64,000 nt of DNA from Planctomycetota bacterium (GTDB taxonomy: Bacteria; Planctomycetota; B15-G4). Shown one piece after another: positions 58,866 through 64,000 of the stretch. Both the position numbers and the translations under genes were made by a program. A model generated the notes under the pieces. The model did not search any database. It was not told the DNA's origin and saw only the letters and a list, made by a program, of their open reading frames with translations. Each line of letters opens with the position of its first letter. The stretch's first letter is position 1. The stretch covers positions 2,432,001 through 2,496,000 of the forward strand of contig CBDFJQ010000002.1 of assembly GCA_965248575.1 (NCBI GenBank), written 5' to 3'.

Positions 58866-59909
58866 ATGGGACCCGTGTTTCCTCATCTCGCACTGCTGCT
58901 CGCTCTCGGCTCAGGGCCCAGTGCGTACGCCGCCAACGACTCGGCCCCGGTTCCGGCGACCTTGCAGGCGCCCGCCTTCGCAGCCAGCGCCCTCCTGGAC
59001 GTCGAAGACCTCAGTCCGGGCGAAACCTACGCCGTGCGCCTCATGCTGGAGGTGAGTGGCGAGATCCAGCCGCTCTTCCAGTGGGAGGACCCGCGCAAGG
59101 CGGGCGAGCTGCGGAGACCGATCCTGCAGATCGAGGCGCCGGATTGTGTGCGCCTACTGGGTGAAGCGCCCACGCAACTGACGACGCCCGGCGACTTGCA
59201 GGAGAGCTACCTGCGCATGCCCTTCGGGCGTCGGCTGCTCGAGAAGAACACGGACATCGAGTTCGAACTCGCCTCCAAGCCCCAGGACGGCGACACCCTC
59301 GGTCTGAACATCGTGACCTACCTCGAGAGTGACGAAGAACCAGAGCAGGCGCGATTCGTCCGACTGCGCATCGACCTGCCGCTGAAGTCCGGTGCACAAG
59401 CCCGAGGGTTGCCGGCCAGCAGTTCCCGCTGGGCCGAGGCGACAACCCTCGCGCTCGGAGACAAAGCGCCCGCATTCGACCTGCAAGACGCGCGCGACGG
59501 AAAAAAGGTCTCGCTGCAAGACGTGCTGCAGAAGAAGCGGGCGCTCGTAATGGCCTATCGCCGCTCCACATGAATCTACTGCATGCAGCAGCTCGTTGAG
59601 CTGCAAGACCTGTATCCGGAGTTCGAGACCCGCGGTGTGGAGATCATCGCGGTCTCCAATGACGAGAAGAGCTTCATGGCGCACACGAAGGTGATCGGTC
59701 AGCTGGGCGAACGCCCGCCGTACCCGATCCTGTGCGATGCCAAGCGCAAACACACCACAGCCTACGAGCGCACCACTGCTTACCTGGTGGAACGCGACGG
59801 GAGTATCGGGCAAGTCTTCCCCATGGAAATCTACGACCGTCCACCTTGGTGGGCGATCATCAACGAGATCGATCGACTCGACGCTGCGGCGGAATGGAGA
59901 GCCCCCTAG
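58866..59909 (+). CDS. Secreted AhpC/TSA (peroxiredoxin-like) protein with N-terminal beta domain, probable selenoprotein (TGA 59571-59573 read as Sec)
   Basis: ORFs 58866-59573 and 59583-59909 are in frame; readthrough gives GDKAPAFDL...AYRRST-U-IYCMQQLVEL...IIAVSND, one thioredoxin fold with UxxC. Confidence 0.88.
59588..59604 (+). promoter_or_regulatory. Candidate bacterial SECIS hairpin
   Basis: GCAGCTC-gtt-GAGCTGC, perfect 7-bp stem beginning 14 nt after the UGA. Confidence 0.7.
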
Positions 59910-60001
59910 CGTTACCCGCTGGTTGGCGCGCACGACAGACTCGCACGCGTTCGGCGTGCACTGCGTGCGTGCCGGCACATCCGATCGACTCCTGCAAGAC
60001 G

Positions 60002-60043
60002 ACGCGGGCGCACCCAGGAAGCTGGGTGCGCCCGCGTTCTTGT
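60002..60043 (+). terminator. Strong hairpin, probable terminator
   Basis: ACGCGGGCGCACCCAG-gaag-CTGGGTGCGCCCGCGT (16-bp stem) followed by a weak U-rich tail. Confidence 0.6.
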
Positions 60044-60141
60044 GTGTCACACCTCGCGCTTGTGCGGCCCCCTGTTGGTGAGGCGCATGAGATTGCGCAC
60101 CGCCCCCTTCCCTCCCCCCGACTCTTGTGGAGACATCACAC

Positions 60142-61302
60142 ATGCTTGCCACAGCACTGCTCTACGCCGCCCTCTCCTCCAGCCCAGCGCTTGCGGCCGT
60201 TCCGCCAGCCGGCGACCACTCCATGGTCTGGTTCGAAGACGGCTTCAACAAAGCCCTGCGCAAGGCGCGCTCTGAGGAGCGCCTCGTGTTCATTGCCTTC
60301 GTCCCCGACGACAGCGACTACTCACGCAAGGTTCTCGAAGAGACGCTCCCGAACGAAGCCGTCAGCAGCGAACTCTCTGACCTGATTTGCCTGCGCTTCG
60401 ACAACAAGAACGACGCACGCTTCGAACAGGTCCGCCGCACCTACAACGTGGAGTCCTATCCCACCTTCGTTTTCGCAAACTCGCGCGGAAAGATTGAAGA
60501 CCGCATCGAAGGCTTCATCCCCGTGGAGCCCATGCTGCAACAGATGGAGCGCATCAAAGCAGCTGTGGGCACCGTAGGCTCCTACCGCGCGAAGCTCGAG
60601 GAAGAGCCGGACAACCTGCAATTCCAGTACAGCCTGGCGCAAATGCTCGACAACGTGCGGGACTACAAGTCTGCCGAGAAGACCTATGACGGCATCCGAC
60701 GCGCCGACCCGAAAGGCAAGACCGCCGTGGGCATGCGCATGATCCTCGACGAGAAGTGGCTCGAGATCGCAGAGGCCGGTGGTGACAACCGCGCCGAGTG
60801 GAACCTGGACCCCATCCTCTCGCAGCTCGAAGGCGCCACGTCGGAGGCCGCCTTTGAGGGCTGGAACGCCGTCGGAAACTTCCATGCCGGGGTGGACGGC
60901 CAGCTCGGCCAGTCCATCGACGCCTTCATTGCGGCCTGGGAGAACATCCCAGAGGACTCGAGCCGTGGCTGGGCCAGGGGCGTCGCCTCCTTCATCGTCG
61001 AGAATGGTGACGACGACCTGGATCGCCAGCATCAAGACTTCGCCCTGAAGCTGGCCACTGTCGCCGTGGATCAGGCGCAGCGGGAGTTCGACGAGCACGT
61101 TGCCGAATACGGTTCGTCCAAGTCAGAGGACGGCGGGGACTATGCCCCGTGGCTCGCGAGCCACATCGACGTGCTCGTTTGGTGCCAGATGGCGTACGGC
61201 GAGCGCAGTGCAGCCATCGCAAGTTGCAGGCGCACGCTCGAACTGGACCCGGAAAACGCCGAGTTCCAGGGCCGCCTGGACATGCTGCTCGCCCAGAGCT
61301 GA
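60142..61302 (+). CDS. Secreted thioredoxin-like fold protein (no CxxC) with TPR-like repeats
   Basis: WFEDGFNKALRKARSEERLVFIAF, YNVESYPTFVF, RIEGF, terminal RTLELDPENAEF. Confidence 0.82.
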   Translation: MLATALLYAALSSSPALAAVPPAGDHSMVWFEDGFNKALRKARSEERLVFIAFVPDDSDYSRKVLEETLPNEAVSSELSDLICLRFDNKNDARFEQVRRTYNVESYPTFVFANSRGKIEDRIEGFIPVEPMLQQMERIKAAVGTVGSYRAKLEEEPDNLQFQYSLAQMLDNVRDYKSAEKTYDGIRRADPKGKTAVGMRMILDEKWLEIAEAGGDNRAEWNLDPILSQLEGATSEAAFEGWNAVGNFHAGVDGQLGQSIDAFIAAWENIPEDSSRGWARGVASFIVENGDDDLDRQHQDFALKLATVAVDQAQREFDEHVAEYGSSKSEDGGDYAPWLASHIDVLVWCQMAYGERSAAIASCRRTLELDPENAEFQGRLDMLLAQS

Positions 61303-61359
61303 GACCTCGAACAACCCGGAGGAGGCCACTGACCCGACAGTTCGGGTGAGCCTCTGGGC

Positions 61360-61404
61360 ACGACGGCCGTCCCCTGTCACGCGGGGGACGGCCGTCGTTT
61401 TTTT
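61360..61404 (+). terminator. Rho-independent terminator
   Basis: 15-bp stem ACGACGGCCGTCCCC/GGGGACGGCCGTCGT running into a T7 tract, between convergent genes. Confidence 0.85.
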
Positions 61405-61460
61405 GTGGCAGAGGTCTGCAACCCGGAGGGGACGTTCTCCGAGCTGGACCAGCGAAGCGA

Positions 61461-62978
61461 CTACGGCTGGTAGTCGCCCTCGCTCTGACCCTTGTACTCG
61501 AAGCGGTTGTCCGACCCCGAGGGCAGGCCGAGCCCGGAAGCCACCACACCGATGACGAAGTGGTCGTCACCGCTGTCCGTGTAATCCAGGAACGGGAACA
61601 CGATGGACGAGAAGCCCGGCAGAGCCAGCATGAAGGCCTCATGTTGGAACACGAAGGTACCCGGCTGCCATGTCGGCGGAATGATCAGGTTGTCTTCCAA
61701 AGCAGACATCCACAGGTGGCCGCCGCCATCGAAGTACAGGTCGGGGATGTCACCCGCTTCCCGAACCAGGCAGTAGTCGATGCCGATCACGCCCGGGGCG
61801 GTGGGTGCGATGCTGTTCCGCAGGCTCGTGTAGCCGCCCGCAGCCGGGTCGGCGATGCCGGTGTAACCACCGGGAATGGCGTCCAGCCCGTTCAAGCGGC
61901 AGAACACCGTGTCGCCCACGGTTGAGATGCGCATGTTGATGCTGCGGAAGGTCGGGTCCAGCTCACCCAGACTGAAGAAGGAGCCGAAATAGACCGTCGT
62001 GTTGCCGTCGTGCACATTGACCCGCACCTGGCCGTTGCCCGCGTTGCGCTGCACGTAGACCATGGACTGGGTGCCGCCGAACGTCCCAAAGTCGTCGGTC
62101 TCGTTCTCGGCGCGCAGGACCAGGCCCACCCAGCTGCCAAGCGGCATGCCGGGGCGAACCCGGAGCAGGGCCTCCTGGTCGTTGTAGACCCGGCCGGGCA
62201 ACACGAGCTGCGAGCTGTCGCTGAGCGCCAGGTGACGCCCGACCATGTTGGTGTTCGGAAGCGTGATCGGCGTGCCGCTCAACGTCTGGAACTGGGCCGT
62301 GGAGCTGTCGGAGAACACCGCAGTCACCGACGTCGGGTTCGCATCGGGGTGAGCCGTCGGCCCGTTGCAGTTGCCCTGGGACGAGACCGGCAGGTTGATG
62401 TCCGTGGGGTCGCCGCTCAGGAAGAAGTGCACGCGATCGATGCGGAAGTTTTGTGAGCGACCGCTGATCTCGAAGGTGTGCTGGCCGGCGGTCAGGTTGA
62501 AGTGTGCATCTTCCTTGTTGCCGTTGGAGTACTCGAAGCGCGAGCGCCAGTTCCAACCGTTCTGGCCGGAGTAGGTCTTGACCCACGTGCCGCCATCCAT
62601 CCGCGTCCAGCAATCGTTCTCCATGGTGGAGTCGGGATCGTTGTGGTGGTTGTGGATGCGCATCTCGTAATCACCGGGCGTGGTGATGTCGAGCGTGTAG
62701 GTGAGCTTGCCGGAGCCGGGGTTGTTGAACAGGTCGCCACCGTTCCAGCGGAAGTAGGACGTGCCAGCGAAGCCGGAGTGCTGGGTCTCCTCGACCCAGC
62801 CGCCAGCGGGCGCAACGTCTTCGACCTCGAAGATCACGAGGCCGTTGTCCTCGCAGTACTCGAGTTGCGCCGAAGCGGCGGATACTCCGAGGCCGAGGGC
62901 CAGGGCGAGGCTCAAACCCCAGCGCGTCGCGGTGCGTGCGGCGGGGGCGTAGAAGTCAGGGGTCTTCCAGGTGCTCAT
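61461..62978 (-). CDS. Secreted protein with a carbohydrate-binding-like beta-sandwich domain
   Basis: Signal peptide (ASA-Q), EDNGLVIFEVE, ITTPGDY, LTAGQHTFEISGRSQNFRIDR; start set at ATG 62978. Confidence 0.78.
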   Translation of the reverse strand: MSTWKTPDFYAPAARTATRWGLSLALALGLGVSAASAQLEYCEDNGLVIFEVEDVAPAGGWVEETQHSGFAGTSYFRWNGGDLFNNPGSGKLTYTLDITTPGDYEMRIHNHHNDPDSTMENDCWTRMDGGTWVKTYSGQNGWNWRSRFEYSNGNKEDAHFNLTAGQHTFEISGRSQNFRIDRVHFFLSGDPTDINLPVSSQGNCNGPTAHPDANPTSVTAVFSDSSTAQFQTLSGTPITLPNTNMVGRHLALSDSSQLVLPGRVYNDQEALLRVRPGMPLGSWVGLVLRAENETDDFGTFGGTQSMVYVQRNAGNGQVRVNVHDGNTTVYFGSFFSLGELDPTFRSINMRISTVGDTVFCRLNGLDAIPGGYTGIADPAAGGYTSLRNSIAPTAPGVIGIDYCLVREAGDIPDLYFDGGGHLWMSALEDNLIIPPTWQPGTFVFQHEAFMLALPGFSSIVFPFLDYTDSGDDHFVIGVVASGLGLPSGSDNRFEYKGQSEGDYQP

Positions 62979-63203
62979 CGATTGCTCTCTTCTGCGGTGT
63001 TGATCTTGGGTGTGAAAACGCTTTGAAAACAGTACCAAGCCGCAGCCGTTGCCCCCAGCCCAGAGTCTGCTCGGCGATCTCCGGTGAATCCGTCCAGTGC
63101 TCGGCTCCCCTTCGCGGGGCCGGAAGAGTAGAACGAAGCGGTCCCCTCCGCGCTGCCTGCGCGTGAGGAGTCTGGGGTCAGGACATGGGTGGAGGAGTGG
63201 AAC

Positions 63204-64000
63204 ATGAGAAACAGGCAATTGCTGCTGGTCGGCCTAAGCCTTTATGCGGTCGGTGCCTGCGCATCTCCGAGTGCTGGTGATCGGGCCCGCCACATCGTCC
63301 TCTTCGATAGCGAAGGAAGCCCGGTGAACGCCGCCGACCCGAAGCGCTGGGGTGGGTACGAGCACTTCAAGACGGACGGCGTCCCTATCGACGGCTCGGC
63401 TCTCGGACCCAAGGATTTTCTGGGGCACCTGGATGCCATGCTCGAGGATATCGAGGCCTGGGACCAGCAGAGGATCGACGAGGGCACCGCGACCCTCACC
63501 GACCCCGTGGCCGTCACGGTCTTCATTCATGGTGGGCTGAACAAGCAGAAGGACACCGTCAAGCGGGCCGTGCGGGACAGCCAGCGCATCCAGAAAGACG
63601 GCTCCTACCCGGTCTTCGTAGGCTGGGATTCAAGCCTGATCAGCAGCTACAGCGACCATGTGTTCAAGATCCGCCAAGGCGCCGACTGGCACGAGGCGGG
63701 TAACACGGAGGAGGTCCTCTCCTGGCTCACGGCGCCGTTCGTCTTCGCCGTCGACGTCATCCGCTCCGTCAGCCGGCTGCCTTTGGTGATCACCAGCCAG
63801 TTGGTGGAGACCTTTCATTGGATGGGCATCAGCAAGTCACGCTGGCGTAGCCAAGCCAATTCGAGCCTGAAGAATCAGCAGGGTTCGCCGTGGTCCGCAG
63901 ACCTCCCGAAGGAGGGCCCGGAAGAAGTCGACGCCTCGTGGTGGGAGTACCTCCGCTATCTCGTCTTGTCTCCACTCAAGGTGACGTCCATCTTGATCAT
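63204..64000 (+). CDS. Putative lipoprotein alpha/beta hydrolase, runs off the window
   Basis: Not in the ORF track. Manual translation: MRNRQLLLVGLSLYAVGAC (lipobox)...VTVFIHGGLN...YPVFVGWDS. Confidence 0.72.
   Translation, partial: MRNRQLLLVGLSLYAVGACASPSAGDRARHIVLFDSEGSPVNAADPKRWGGYEHFKTDGVPIDGSALGPKDFLGHLDAMLEDIEAWDQQRIDEGTATLTDPVAVTVFIHGGLNKQKDTVKRAVRDSQRIQKDGSYPVFVGWDSSLISSYSDHVFKIRQGADWHEAGNTEEVLSWLTAPFVFAVDVIRSVSRLPLVITSQLVETFHWMGISKSRWRSQANSSLKNQQGSPWSADLPKEGPEEVDASWWEYLRYLVLSPLKVTSILI

Overview
High-GC bacterial chromosomal window, probably from an uncultured Planctomycetota-like lineage (inferred from gene content: DUF1800/DUF1501 pair, CRTAC1/FG-GAP, HEAT-repeat and many secreted orphan proteins). 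It holds about 45 densely packed CDSs for envelope glycosylation, metal efflux, redox and secreted functions. I found no rRNA, tRNA, CRISPR array or transposase. Main results: (1) Two genes that the ORF track splits at an in-frame TGA are very probably selenoproteins. One is a triple-YHS lipoprotein (32792-33517, motif GFC-U-VPC), the other an AhpC/TSA-like protein (58866-59909, motif U-IY-C). Each UGA is followed by a hairpin carrying TCGT at identical offsets (+20 to +23), a candidate lineage SECIS. (2) An intergenic element at 51495-51865 consists of two inverted ~120-nt units sharing a 43-nt core and flanks, while their long stems differ in sequence yet stay self-complementary. (3) A ~120-aa C-terminal domain ending SNALxxxTP is shared by two unrelated secreted proteins, a candidate sorting or anchoring domain. 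(4) Other items include a TetR operator pair, an AT-hook nucleoid-like protein, a Cys-less thioredoxin-TPR protein and several apparently leaderless genes. All calls come from reading motifs by eye; no searches were run and several start codons are estimates.
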